64,000 nucleotides of DNA from a virus (Duplodnaviria; Caudoviricetes). The translations under genes were made by a program, and so were the position numbers. Positions 36,518-46,562 of this stretch are shown here, piece after piece. The stretch is from the IMG/VR virus record IMGVR_UViG_3300046786_000293, positions 32,001 through 96,000 of that record; one strand, written 5' to 3'. Under the pieces are notes generated by a model. It searched no databases. It was given only the letters and a program-made list of their open reading frames with translations, and had not been told where the DNA came from. Position 1 is the first letter of the stretch. Every line of letters begins with the position of its first letter.

Positions 36518-36932
36518 TATTTAGCTCGTCTGCAGGAAAGAAATGTATGTTTTTTAAGACACCATAACTGTGAAATATGGGCAACATGAAACGTGCGGTT
36601 TCGTCTAGTCCCGACACTACAGGTACTTGCTCAAAATCTTCATACAAATTATCTAAAGTATAGATGTCATCGGACTCGCTGGTAAACTTAAACCCCCATA
36701 TGCAAGTTGCGTTTTTGTAGAATTCTCCAAAATAGTTTTCTTCTATCCAAAAGTCATCTATTACCAGACGTTCAATTTTTTCGGGTTGTAATAGAATAAT
36801 AGGTTGTGTCTTTAATCCCAATACTTGTAGTACAGTTTCCCAATTTCGTTGTTGGTTTCGTTCTTTACTATCGCCTCTGGTGATTCCAGTTGCGGTAATA
36901 TCTACTAACGTTAAACAAATCCAAGACTTCAT
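36510..36932 (-). CDS. Hypothetical protein
   Basis: Start MKSWIC at 36932, TAAATA 5 nt upstream. Confidence 0.65.
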   Translation of the reverse strand: MKSWICLTLVDITATGITRGDSKERNQQRNWETVLQVLGLKTQPIILLQPEKIERLVIDDFWIEENYFGEFYKNATCIWGFKFTSESDDIYTLDNLYEDFEQVPVVSGLDETARFMLPIFHSYGVLKNIHFFPADELNIS

Positions 36933-36950
36933 GTAGGTATTTATAGCCAA

Positions 36951-36980
36951 CAAAAAAGGCAGAACGAATCTGCCTTTTTG
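36951..36980. terminator. Bidirectional intrinsic terminator
   Basis: CAAAAAAGGCAGA-loop-TCTGCCTTTTTG inverted repeat. Confidence 0.8.
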
Positions 36981-37006
36981 TTCTCTTTTTAAACTAACTG
37001 CGAGAA

Positions 37007-37396
37007 TTAAGAAGTAGCTAGCTTTAGTCCAACGTTAGTAACAGTTGTAGACCAGTTGAATCCACCTGCTTGTAGAGCGGCGTCAATGTTGGCCTTAAGA
37101 TCTGTTGTATTCCATGCGCTTTCTTCAACTACAACGCTCATTAGAGTAGCGTCAACTTGATAAGCTAATAGAGTAGCGTTTAGACCAACAGCACGTAGGG
37201 TGATTTCAGCGGCTTCGCCTGTACCTGTGTTTGTGTTGTATGTGCTTGTGTTAGCTGTGATACCAAAACACTGGATTGGCTTGCCAATACCTGTGCTAAC
37301 TGGAACGCCGACTGTTGCGGCTTCTGTGCTTAGAGCAATGTTACCAACGCTAACTACGTTTTGTGCATTACCATTTGTACGTGTAAATACTGCCAT
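37007..37396 (-). CDS. Probable abundant small virion protein
   Basis: Own TAAATA, strong SD AAAGGA, own terminator, A/T/G/V-rich with GCT/GTT codon bias. Confidence 0.6.
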   Translation of the reverse strand: MAVFTRTNGNAQNVVSVGNIALSTEAATVGVPVSTGIGKPIQCFGITANTSTYNTNTGTGEAAEITLRAVGLNATLLAYQVDATLMSVVVEESAWNTTDLKANIDAALQAGGFNWSTTVTNVGLKLATS

Positions 37397-37451
37397 TTTA
37401 TTTTTCCTTTAAAATTCTGCGACTTAACGCATGTAAATATTTATGCCTTGC

Positions 37452-38762
37452 TTATTTTTTCCACTGTTTAGGGGCGGTAAAATTAGCTTTACTGAATTCA
37501 ATTCTATCGACTAATTTAACTGCACCACCGTCATGCCCAATAGCTACAAAGCCTTCTGGAGCAGTTACACGGTAACCGTCATCAGTCTTTAAAAACGTAC
37601 CAATATTTTCAATCTGTTGCATCTTTTGTAGCAGCATGACCTTTGCTTCAATGATACGTTTATAGATAGCCAATATGCCCAATAATATGTTACTATTATC
37701 AGCCATAAACTTTTCTTTTTCTTGAATCTTCTGTATGCGAGCCTGTGCAGCAGGGCTTTCTGCTCCACCTTTTAGTTTAGCAATTTCTGCTTCCATTTTA
37801 CCTTTGTAATAGGTTAAAAAGTTTTTCAAGAAAGTTGTAGGGTCTCCTACTTGTGAACCGCCTCTAACCATACTATTAATGAACGGCTTAATGAATGTAG
37901 CGAATTCTGTGTACTCTTCATCCCCACTTTTTGTAGTGCGCCCAGTAAAGATAATACGATTAAAATCTTTTTCTGTTATTTTTTTAAAGGTTTGTGCAGC
38001 AGCTACAAGAGTATTTTTAATTTTAGCATCTTCTTGTGGAGTTAAACTAGCACGGCCTGTAAAATCTTTGTATGTAGCATCGTCAAACCAAACTGCATTG
38101 TTTGGAGTCAACCCCGCCACACTAGCGCCGAAACTAGCTTGCATTTCTGGTAAACTAGGACCTTCGTAGGCTGTATGGAATATAATTCCCATTTTAGCTT
38201 TTTCAATTCTTCTACCAAGGTCGCTATTAACTGGCACAGCATAGGTAATAGTATTTGGTGTGAATATATAACAATCTTCAGTGGTACCTGTTCCGGTAGG
38301 CAATTGTGCTGTTTGAATGTCTCCAGGAGTAAACATTAAGTCGCCTTGTAAGACATTAGCTATGCCAATTTTGCTAAGGTACTTTAGTGCTATCTTTAAC
38401 TTTTCTGCCAAGCCTTCCGCTGCACCGTAAAACTTTGTAATATCTTTTGTGCTTTTACAAAGTTTAGGTTCTGTTTTAGCAAATACCGATTTTGTACCAA
38501 CAAAGAATTTCCCATCAGCAGGATCAACACCACAAATAATAGCAGGGGCGCCGTCCCACTTTACTGTAACCTTAACTGGTTCCCCTTCGCCTTGTGCAAA
38601 CATTTTGCGAAGGCTTTCCATGTAATTAAGAGCCTTTTGTGCTCCTAAATAACCTTCATTGTACACTAAATCTTCTACATGTTCTAGGTGAACGTTCTTG
38701 CCTTCTGCGGCTTCACATAGTAACCAAGATGTAGGTGTTTCTTTTATTTCGAATAATTTCAT
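37452..38762 (-). CDS. Conserved T4-like phage protein (DUF6267-like) with ligase-like KxDG motif
   Basis: KNVHLEHVED, TVKWDGAPA, LQGDLMF, PEGFV, VKLVDR. Confidence 0.6.
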   Translation of the reverse strand: MKLFEIKETPTSWLLCEAAEGKNVHLEHVEDLVYNEGYLGAQKALNYMESLRKMFAQGEGEPVKVTVKWDGAPAIICGVDPADGKFFVGTKSVFAKTEPKLCKSTKDITKFYGAAEGLAEKLKIALKYLSKIGIANVLQGDLMFTPGDIQTAQLPTGTGTTEDCYIFTPNTITYAVPVNSDLGRRIEKAKMGIIFHTAYEGPSLPEMQASFGASVAGLTPNNAVWFDDATYKDFTGRASLTPQEDAKIKNTLVAAAQTFKKITEKDFNRIIFTGRTTKSGDEEYTEFATFIKPFINSMVRGGSQVGDPTTFLKNFLTYYKGKMEAEIAKLKGGAESPAAQARIQKIQEKEKFMADNSNILLGILAIYKRIIEAKVMLLQKMQQIENIGTFLKTDDGYRVTAPEGFVAIGHDGGAVKLVDRIEFSKANFTAPKQWKK

Positions 38763-39736
38763 GCTCTACTTGCCCTTGTTCTTGCTATAGCTTGATCTAA
38801 TGTTTCCCCGGGACGAACTTGTATCTTGGGTTTTAATTGACGTTGTATTTGTTGTGTTGCAGCCGCTTGTTTTTGTTGTCTAACTTGTTCAGGTGTTGGC
38901 GCCGCTTTTGCCGCTGGAGTTGCCGGGGCTGTCCTATTAGGTTTAACCACTGGAGCAGGAGTACTTGCAGGCGTCTGAACTATCTGTCTTTGCGGTTCGA
39001 CTAACTCTGCCTGCTGGTCGAAGAATCTCTGCCATGCATCGTCGACAGGATTTCTGTTATTCATTTCGTGCCACATGCCGTCATCTGCAATATAATAATC
39101 TTTTTTGCCATAACGAAGTATAACAGGATCTACGCTTACTGCGGTTACACCAGGCGCTAGCTGTGGACCAGCTGCTTGTTTTTCGGCCGCGGCCTTTTCT
39201 TTTTCTGCTTGTGCTTTACGTTCTTGATCTTGTTGAGCTTGTAACTTAGCTGCTTGCTGTTCTCTTGCTTGTGCTAATTTATATGATAACATATTGTTAT
39301 TAACATCAACATAAACCTCGCCAGTTTTATTTAGATAATCTCTAATAGCTCCAGGGTTCAGTGTTGTAGGCACTGGTATTTTGTTTAGTTCTTGTTGTAT
39401 GACTGGGCCTGTTGTATAATCTGATCCATAGTAATGAACTGCAAATGCCTGTAACATATCTTTCATTGATTGATTATATGTTCTGGGATCGTTTAGTTTT
39501 ACGCCCTGCGGTGCAAGAGTTTGTGCAAATTGATCGTATGCTTTTGTAACTGCAACTCGATTCGCCTTTTCTGTGGCAGCTTGTTGACGTGCGGCAATTT
39601 GTGACTTAGTTCCAACATTGCCCGATCCACCACCAATGATATCTAATGCCCTAATAGGAGCAATTGCTGCTGCGCCTAACCCACGCCCAATCTTCCCTAG
39701 TAGCCCAGCTTCAGTGATAACTTCATTTATTTTCAT
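38759..39736 (-). CDS. Hypothetical Ala/Gln/Pro-rich protein
   Basis: 325-aa ORF; MKINEVITE start typical of T4-like head proteins. Confidence 0.6.
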   Translation of the reverse strand: MKINEVITEAGLLGKIGRGLGAAAIAPIRALDIIGGGSGNVGTKSQIAARQQAATEKANRVAVTKAYDQFAQTLAPQGVKLNDPRTYNQSMKDMLQAFAVHYYGSDYTTGPVIQQELNKIPVPTTLNPGAIRDYLNKTGEVYVDVNNNMLSYKLAQAREQQAAKLQAQQDQERKAQAEKEKAAAEKQAAGPQLAPGVTAVSVDPVILRYGKKDYYIADDGMWHEMNNRNPVDDAWQRFFDQQAELVEPQRQIVQTPASTPAPVVKPNRTAPATPAAKAAPTPEQVRQQKQAAATQQIQRQLKPKIQVRPGETLDQAIARTRASRA

Positions 39737-39974
39737 TTGTTATCCTTTTAACACCTCGGCTAAACTTTGAAGTATCTTGACTTCTAATGCTATTAATGAG
39801 TCTACGTTCTAATTCTTCTGCTTGTTCTTTATTGTAGTTTTCACGAATAAAGTTAATAAGATTAATAGCACCTGAAATTACATGATTGGCACGACTTTCA
39901 ACAAGATTCTCTTTATCTTTATGTAATCGTAACGAATCTAGTTCTTCTAATAGACTACGAGTTTTCTTCTGCAA
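39723..39974 (-). CDS. Hypothetical helical protein
   Basis: 83-aa ORF; TAAATA upstream. Confidence 0.6.
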   Translation of the reverse strand: MQKKTRSLLEELDSLRLHKDKENLVESRANHVISGAINLINFIRENYNKEQAEELERRLINSIRSQDTSKFSRGVKRITNENK

Positions 39975-40006
39975 AATATAACTCCGAATTAAGTATATTT
40001 ATTAAA

Positions 40007-41446
40007 TTAATCTACTTTTTTCAACCCTGCCAACATTTGTTTAAGTTTAGCACTTTGTGCTTCTCCGCCACCTGCAGGTTGTTCCCACACCGGTGTTCCT
40101 TTAGGACGTTCGTATCCACCAAGGGGAGCATTTTCATCTGCACTAGTAGACCTGGCCTTGATACTATTCATAATACTGCCAACCTGTGGCTTTACGGTAC
40201 CAGGTGTTCCCTGTGCTTCTTCACCCGGATCTGTAATACGTAATGTGTCTAAATCATAGTCTAAATCGACTTTCATACCTACACCACTACTACTACGAGT
40301 TTTCATCAACTGAATTTGATAACGTCCACGCTCTCGCATTGCTCGACTTGTAAAGATACCAAATACATTATCTGCTGTGTTAATTTTACTAATACCGCCC
40401 GAGATATGACTGTGATCAAACTCAATTTCTTCAACAGCACTACGATTTAATTGCGATGCAGTAATCATTAAAATGTTGAATTCTCTTGCCAAATTACGCA
40501 ATTCTTCTGACACATACTTGTCTTTGACAAATAAGTCATTGGGACTAACTTTTGCACTCACTGGCATAACCAAGTCCAGGTAGTCAACCATAATAAAGTC
40601 TGCCTTCTTACCTGTCTGTACTTCTAATTCTTTAAGATATGCTCGAATCTGATTAACGTTACTTTGTGCCGGCATATACTTAATACGTAGACTACCAGAT
40701 TTTTTACCTAGCATACCAATCTTAAGTTCGACTGTGTCAAGTTCTTTAAACACATCTCTGGTGCTAACATTTGCAGCCATACTGTCGATTCGCATAGCGC
40801 ACAGTTCTTCACTAAGTTCCAGAGACAAATAAACACCGTTAAGTCCTGCGATGATCCAGTTTAACGAAATATTCTGCATAAACAACGATTTACCCGAACC
40901 CGACCCTCCTGCAAAAATGTTTAGTTCGCCGCGGTTCATACCACCGAACAGTCGTTTGTCCATAGTAGGCCAACCTGTACTAACTTGCCCGTTATTACTT
41001 TTGATTTTCATTAGTCGAGCACGAGGGTCAGCAAAGTAATCTGTGCCCATGTCTTTAGTTAGACTAATTTGTACGGCATCTTTAATGATCTTTTCAATTG
41101 GATCAAAGTCACCTTTTTCAATCATATCTGCGGCTTTAAGTACTGCACGTTCTAGTTCATACTTTTTGGTAAATCCTTCAAACTCGCCCATAAACCAATC
41201 ATAATGATTTTCGCCTAAATCAGGCACAGGTTTAACTTCGACTGTGCTAACTGCTTTAATCTGTTCTGCTGTGGGTACAGACTTATACTGGTCCACATGT
41301 TCCTTAATAAACTTTGCAGCACCACGTAGACTGCGATCAAAATTTTCTGGATTATAAATGTTTTGGACCCGTACATAACTTTCTGGGTTTTGTACCATCA
41401 TCTCCAAAAACAATTTTTGTAAATCAACACTATATTCTTTACTCAT
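40007..41446 (-). CDS. DnaB-like replicative helicase (T4 gp41-like)
   Basis: Walker A GGSGSGKS, SLELSE, IMVDYLD, TASQLNR, SGGISK, KTR. Confidence 0.95.
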   Translation of the reverse strand: MSKEYSVDLQKLFLEMMVQNPESYVRVQNIYNPENFDRSLRGAAKFIKEHVDQYKSVPTAEQIKAVSTVEVKPVPDLGENHYDWFMGEFEGFTKKYELERAVLKAADMIEKGDFDPIEKIIKDAVQISLTKDMGTDYFADPRARLMKIKSNNGQVSTGWPTMDKRLFGGMNRGELNIFAGGSGSGKSLFMQNISLNWIIAGLNGVYLSLELSEELCAMRIDSMAANVSTRDVFKELDTVELKIGMLGKKSGSLRIKYMPAQSNVNQIRAYLKELEVQTGKKADFIMVDYLDLVMPVSAKVSPNDLFVKDKYVSEELRNLAREFNILMITASQLNRSAVEEIEFDHSHISGGISKINTADNVFGIFTSRAMRERGRYQIQLMKTRSSSGVGMKVDLDYDLDTLRITDPGEEAQGTPGTVKPQVGSIMNSIKARSTSADENAPLGGYERPKGTPVWEQPAGGGEAQSAKLKQMLAGLKKVD

Positions 41447-41449
41447 AAT

Positions 41450-42490
41450 TTATTTTAGCAATTTTATCTTAAGACTATTAGATTCTGCACCTTCTAAGAT
41501 GGCTTTTAAAACAAACAATTTTCCATATTTCATTATGGCTTCATTTATATCTTTACAAGTTTCTCTCCAAACAGGAAAACTAACTGACCAACCATATTCA
41601 ATAGCACGATTAATAGTTACTTCCCCGGGCCAAACTTCTCGACCTTGTTTATTAATATGCTTATCAAAATCTGGCACAACAATTACACGTTTGCCTAATG
41701 CTTCTATTAATTCTGCTTGTTGTTCACTTATATCATTTGTCTGTGTACTTACACCGTCTATACTCATAGCATCAAAAGGACCTTCGCAGACAATAACAAA
41801 TTTACTATCATAGCGTTGATTATTTAAGTTAAAAACAAAGTGGGGAGGATGATTGCTATGATATTTTGGTTTAATACCATCCACCAATGATCTAGCAGTA
41901 TAGCCCACTAGTTCATTTTTATAAATGAAAGGAACAATTACTCTGTGATTTAACTTGTGTTCAACTTCGGGAGTCCAATAAAAATCATACTTTTTACAGT
42001 CAATATGCCTACCGGTAATATATTTGACTGCTTCCATAAATTGAACTGGAGTGTTATTATAGTCTGCTAGTTTGTAAAATTCTGCCAATGCCCAAAAACT
42101 TTTTGCTTGCTCTGGCAGAGTTCGACTTTCGAATACAATTTCTTCTTGAGGTTCTTTCACATCCTCGGGACGAATTAAATCTTTAACACGCAATGCTTCT
42201 ACAACTAAACGTTGAATTTCGTTTGTATCTGCACCCATCCATTTTAATAGTTTTCGAAACTTGAAACTAAGCGGTCGACCTGGTTGATAACTAGCTTTAA
42301 ACTTACAGTTAAAACAACTATAACTGATCCCGCCGTCGGGATTAGTAATTATACCCCCACGCCCACGAGTGTCTGCTGTCTCACCGTTATGATGACAACA
42401 AACTGCATTAAAGCTAGTCCAGCCGCTTTGGCCGCGACGCCGTTTAGGCGGCAATAGACTAAGGGTATAATCCTGTATTGAGTTGAACAT
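41450..42490 (-). CDS. DNA primase (T4 gp61-like)
   Basis: Zn-binding CC.H...CFNC; TOPRIM VCEGPFDA and PDFD; KDINE. Confidence 0.9.
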   Translation of the reverse strand: MFNSIQDYTLSLLPPKRRRGQSGWTSFNAVCCHHNGETADTRGRGGIITNPDGGISYSCFNCKFKASYQPGRPLSFKFRKLLKWMGADTNEIQRLVVEALRVKDLIRPEDVKEPQEEIVFESRTLPEQAKSFWALAEFYKLADYNNTPVQFMEAVKYITGRHIDCKKYDFYWTPEVEHKLNHRVIVPFIYKNELVGYTARSLVDGIKPKYHSNHPPHFVFNLNNQRYDSKFVIVCEGPFDAMSIDGVSTQTNDISEQQAELIEALGKRVIVVPDFDKHINKQGREVWPGEVTINRAIEYGWSVSFPVWRETCKDINEAIMKYGKLFVLKAILEGAESNSLKIKLLK

Positions 42491-42497
42491 CAGTGTT

Positions 42498-42526
42498 AGT
42501 ATATACTAATTTTTGAGACTTGTCAA
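42498..42526 (-). promoter_or_regulatory. Sigma70 promoter for primase-helicase
   Basis: TTGACA-N17-TATACT, 7 nt above the ATG. Confidence 0.8.
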
Positions 42527-42529
42527 AAA

Positions 42530-44266
42530 TTAATTTGTCGGGCGTTGCACTCGTGGATAAGCCAATGTTCCTGTTCGTCTAAAACCAAAATTGGCTTTAG
42601 GAAAAGTTATCCCTCGTTTGGTTAGACCATATAATACATCTGCTTTTGGTGATCCTAATCCTGTACAAGCGTCCCATCCAGATGTGGCTTGGAAACCAGT
42701 TGAAGTGGTAGTGTTTGTATTATCGCCCGATGTTATGTCATTGAAACAAGTTGCAGCATTTCCATACCAACTAGTCATAGGATAACCAGAGAAAGACTGT
42801 TTTAACTGGTTGATTCTAACCATCATAGCTGCCATTATTGGAGCTGTTGCACTAGTTCCACCGACACTCGAAACATAATAGGCTGCATTACCTAAATAAA
42901 AAGTATATCCTGAATTACCGTCAGCATTACCGCCAATGTCAGGAACACCCCGCCTTGGCAATGATGTAACTGTACCCGAAGGATATGCTTTATAAGAAAA
43001 ACCCGTTTGATAAGAAGGAGTAGGAACATATGCAGATACACCGCCACCTGTGGACCCGCTATTAGAACTGCCTCCCCAAACAACTTCAGAAAGAATAGAA
43101 TTGTTAGAGTTAAGTTCTAGTAGAGTTCCGCCGCAACTTACACAATTGATATCTGCTGCTGGGTAGCAAACAGTTCCGATAGAAGCACCTGGTGCTCCTC
43201 TGTTCCCCCAATCGCCCGACGCACAAAATACTGTAATCCCTAACAAAGTACATGTTGCTATCGCAACTGCCACTGATGTATAAAAACCTGCAAAGTTAAA
43301 TCCTTGCTCAGTAGACACCCAACTGAAAGAAATAGCAGATGGACAATTTGTTGTATCGGCTGCGGCCGTATTCAAAACGTTCACAAAGTTTGCGAATGAG
43401 TTTCCTGCAAAATATACAGCTAATTTGGCCTTTGGTGCAGCAAGACCTGCACAATAAATATCTAACATTACTTCAACAGAGTTATTAAGATTTGCAGAGT
43501 CTGCAAAGTCAGTATTATTAATACCCCCATTGACGCTAACATCAACTACGGTGTTTGTAACTCCATTTGCGATTAAATCATTTGCAGTATACCCGCCGCC
43601 AAATTCTGGTATGCAGATGCATTGCCCGTTGCCATTACTTGTGCCAGGAAACCTATAGGCCGTTGCAACTTGTTGTGGGGTTAAACCTGTAATAGTGGCA
43701 GGTACTACTCCATTACTTAAGGTTGGTAGTCCGTGAACATTTGCTGGGTCCACTGCATACATTCCGCCTTGGTCACCAAAACTATATACAGAATTTAATT
43801 GTCCCGATGTATCTAAATCCAGTACTGTTAAGATTATACCATCTAATTCTTCGGGTACAGTTAATTCACCTTCATAGCTAATATGAACCCGTTCATTGGT
43901 ATCTACCTCATTTATTACAGTATCAAATGCTTGGTTAAATTGAGCTATAGTTCCCGAACATTGAACGGATGCTGTCATAGTACTAGATGATAGAACCGTA
44001 ATGCCATTACTTTGCAAAAATTGCAATACCAAATCCATATCAGAATCTTCGGCACCAAACATTTGGTCCAATTCCTCGCGAGATAAGAACTTGGTAATTG
44101 TTCCTTCTGCAATTTTTTGTGAATACTCAATAATAGTCATTCCCTCGTAAGTAGAACGACGTAATATTATTAACACTGTGATTATTTCATCTAGTGGAGC
44201 AGGGACTGCACTAACAGCATTAGCTGGTAATTCATTGTAACTATGCTGTATAACTACTCTAGTCAT
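42530..44266 (-). CDS. Sedolisin/kumamolisin-type S53 serine-carboxyl protease with prodomain
   Basis: EVMLD (Glu-Asp), ASGDWG (oxyanion Asp), RGVPDIG, GGTSATAP (Ser), GWDACTGLGSP (Ca site). Confidence 0.92.
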   Translation of the reverse strand: MTRVVIQHSYNELPANAVSAVPAPLDEIITVLIILRRSTYEGMTIIEYSQKIAEGTITKFLSREELDQMFGAEDSDMDLVLQFLQSNGITVLSSSTMTASVQCSGTIAQFNQAFDTVINEVDTNERVHISYEGELTVPEELDGIILTVLDLDTSGQLNSVYSFGDQGGMYAVDPANVHGLPTLSNGVVPATITGLTPQQVATAYRFPGTSNGNGQCICIPEFGGGYTANDLIANGVTNTVVDVSVNGGINNTDFADSANLNNSVEVMLDIYCAGLAAPKAKLAVYFAGNSFANFVNVLNTAAADTTNCPSAISFSWVSTEQGFNFAGFYTSVAVAIATCTLLGITVFCASGDWGNRGAPGASIGTVCYPAADINCVSCGGTLLELNSNNSILSEVVWGGSSNSGSTGGGVSAYVPTPSYQTGFSYKAYPSGTVTSLPRRGVPDIGGNADGNSGYTFYLGNAAYYVSSVGGTSATAPIMAAMMVRINQLKQSFSGYPMTSWYGNAATCFNDITSGDNTNTTTSTGFQATSGWDACTGLGSPKADVLYGLTKRGITFPKANFGFRRTGTLAYPRVQRPTN

Positions 44267-44267
44267 G

Positions 44268-46499
44268 TTATTGCTCCAACTGTGTTAATGTCATTGTTAC
44301 TGAAATATTTCTAGTAGTAGAATCTTGGTTAGTAATGAGCATATACATGTTAGTACTTGGTGTTGCATCATTATTAAAACCAATTACGCTTGGTGTAACT
44401 AAACTGGTTAAGTTACCACTGGTAGTAATAGCTTCAAGTATAACACCAGTTCCAGGTGTTGGGTCAGTATAAATTGCTCTGCTAGCATCAGCGGTTCTGC
44501 TGGCTGTATCGCAATAAATTCTAATCCAAGCAGGATAGTCTGTTACAATCTTATGAATAGCCCAAGTTTTAAATGCTGTTGCAGTAATACTAGCATTTGC
44601 ACCTGCACTAATAGATCCTGAAGTAGTAGTAACGTTTGATCTTGTATAGTTACCTGCTCCGCCCGGTCCTTGCGGACCTTGTGCTCCGCTTGGTCCGCTT
44701 GGTCCTGTTGGCCCTTGTGGCCCTATTGGCCCTTGTGGTCCAGACGGACCAGATGGACCAGATGGTCCTTGCGGACCTTGTGGACCCTGTGGACCTGACC
44801 CCGGTCCTTGCGGACCTTGCGGACCTCCTGGCCCTCCTCCAGATGTTACAGCAGCATAACCTGCAACACTAGATCCAAATGTTAATGTTGCTGAATTGTT
44901 ATTAGTAAATGCTACATTAGGATAATCATATCTTCCGTTATACGAATTTCCAGAATTGTCGATTACTTCAATATTAACATATTGGTAACCTAAATTATGG
45001 TTAATAGTCCAAGTTGATGATGCGCTAGATTGTGTATGAATATACGAACCGGTAGTACCGGCAGGTCCTTGTGGTCCTTGTGGTCCTGCTCCACCCTGTG
45101 GACCTTGTGGTCCTTGTGTACCTACACCTTGCGGTCCTTGTGGTCCTTGTGGACCGGTGCCACCTTGCGGTCCTTGTGGTCCTGTACCGCCGCTTGGGCC
45201 TTGCGGTCCCTGTGGTCCTGTTCCGCCCTGTGGCCCAGTTGGTCCTTGTGATCCTTGTGGACCTCGCGGCCCTTGTGGTCCTGTTCCACCTTGTGGTCCA
45301 GTGGGCCCTTGTACCCCTTGTGGTCCAGTTGGTCCTTGTGGTCCTACTCCTTGCGGTCCTTGTGGTCCTTGCGGGCCTGTTCCACCCTGTGGTCCAGTTG
45401 GTCCTTGTGTGCCCACACCTTGTGGTCCTTGCGGTCCTTGCGGACCGGTGCCACCTTGCGGTCCCTGTGGTCCTTGTGGACCGGTGCCACCTTGCGGTCC
45501 AGTGGGCCCTTGTACCCCTTGTGGGCCTTGTGGGCCTTGTGGACCTGTTCCGCCTGGTCCTTGCGGTCCTTGTGGACCTCGCGGTCCTTGTGATCCCGAG
45601 TCTCCTTGTGGTCCTTGCGGCCCTTGTGGTCCTTGTGGCCCTGTTCCGCCTGCAGGCCCTTGTGGGCCTTGTGGACCGGTGCCACCTTGTGGTCCTTGCG
45701 GTCCTTGTGGACCTGTTCCACCTGGTCCCTGTGGTCCCTGTGGTCCTTGTGTTCCTACGCCTTGTGGTCCTTGTGGTCCAGTTGGCCCTTGTGGTCCGCC
45801 TGCGGGTCCTTGTGGTCCAGTTGGTCCTTGTGGTCCTTGTGGCCCTGACCCTGAACCTTGTGGTCCAGATGGCCCTTGTGGTCCTGTATTCCCTATAGGT
45901 CCTTGTGGTCCTTGTGGTCCTGTATTCCCTATAGGTCCTTGTGGTCCTTGTGGGCCTTGAATACCTTGAGGTCCTGTATTGCCAATTGGCCCAATTGGGC
46001 CTTGTGGTCCTTGTGGACCTGCATTTCCTATAGGTCCTTGTGGTCCCTGCGGACCGATTGGTCCTTGTGGGCCTTGTACGCCGGTATTACCTATAGGTCC
46101 TTGTGGACCTTGTGGTCCTTGTGGACCTGTTCCGCCTTGAGGTCCTTGCGGTCCTTGCGGACCCGATCCAGCACCACCCGGACCCTGTGGACCTTGTGGT
46201 CCTTGTGCGCCAGCTCCACTAGGACCTTGTGGACCCTGTGGTCCTTGTGCTCCGCGTGGCCCTTGTGGTCCTTGTGACCCCGATCCACCGCCTCCTACAA
46301 ATGGAGTTCCGTTAGCATAATAAAATGCATTTGCAAATATACTAACATTACTCAAAGAATTAGCAGCAGATGCGGTATTTGATATTACTTGATTTAGTAC
46401 CGCAAAATTATTATTAAGTTTTATAAAACCTGTTCTAATAGGATCGCCCTGCTTATCGTTGGGTGTAGTTCCTACATTAACATTGGAAAATATAGTCAT
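44268..46499 (-). CDS. Collagen-like virion fibre protein
   Basis: N-terminal [23 protein letters not shown] (T4 gp9/gp10-type motif), long G-P-Q tracts, WTINHNLG domain, C-terminal globular domain. Confidence 0.88.
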   Translation of the reverse strand: MTIFSNVNVGTTPNDKQGDPIRTGFIKLNNNFAVLNQVISNTASAANSLSNVSIFANAFYYANGTPFVGGGGSGSQGPQGPRGAQGPQGPQGPSGAGAQGPQGPQGPGGAGSGPQGPQGPQGGTGPQGPQGPQGPIGNTGVQGPQGPIGPQGPQGPIGNAGPQGPQGPIGPIGNTGPQGIQGPQGPQGPIGNTGPQGPQGPIGNTGPQGPSGPQGSGSGPQGPQGPTGPQGPAGGPQGPTGPQGPQGVGTQGPQGPQGPGGTGPQGPQGPQGGTGPQGPQGPAGGTGPQGPQGPQGPQGDSGSQGPRGPQGPQGPGGTGPQGPQGPQGVQGPTGPQGGTGPQGPQGPQGGTGPQGPQGPQGVGTQGPTGPQGGTGPQGPQGPQGVGPQGPTGPQGVQGPTGPQGGTGPQGPRGPQGSQGPTGPQGGTGPQGPQGPSGGTGPQGPQGGTGPQGPQGPQGVGTQGPQGPQGGAGPQGPQGPAGTTGSYIHTQSSASSTWTINHNLGYQYVNIEVIDNSGNSYNGRYDYPNVAFTNNNSATLTFGSSVAGYAAVTSGGGPGGPQGPQGPGSGPQGPQGPQGPSGPSGPSGPQGPIGPQGPTGPSGPSGAQGPQGPGGAGNYTRSNVTTTSGSISAGANASITATAFKTWAIHKIVTDYPAWIRIYCDTASRTADASRAIYTDPTPGTGVILEAITTSGNLTSLVTPSVIGFNNDATPSTNMYMLITNQDSTTRNISVTMTLTQLEQ
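44640..46290 (-). repeat. Gly-X-Y collagen repeats (GPQ, 9-nt unit GGACCACAA and variants)
   Basis: Seen directly; boundaries approximate and interrupted by the HNLG domain. Confidence 0.95.
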
Positions 46500-46562
46500 A
46501 GTTCAGTTAACCGTGTTTATACGTTATTTATTGGTTTTGAACTATTTAGATAAGACTAGAAA

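Noticed and set aside
37434-37443. Plus-strand TAAATA that might drive antisense RNA into the DUF6267-like gene
   Set aside because: It arises from the near-palindrome TAAATATTTA around the real minus-strand promoter, which is expected by chance in AT-rich DNA; no further support.
45030-46288. Shadow ORFs such as (PCG)n, VLV-rich, HKDHK and SLW-rich frames, also at 58991-61282
   Set aside because: Alternative frames of the GPQ repeat lack stops by construction and have no RBS or promoter support.
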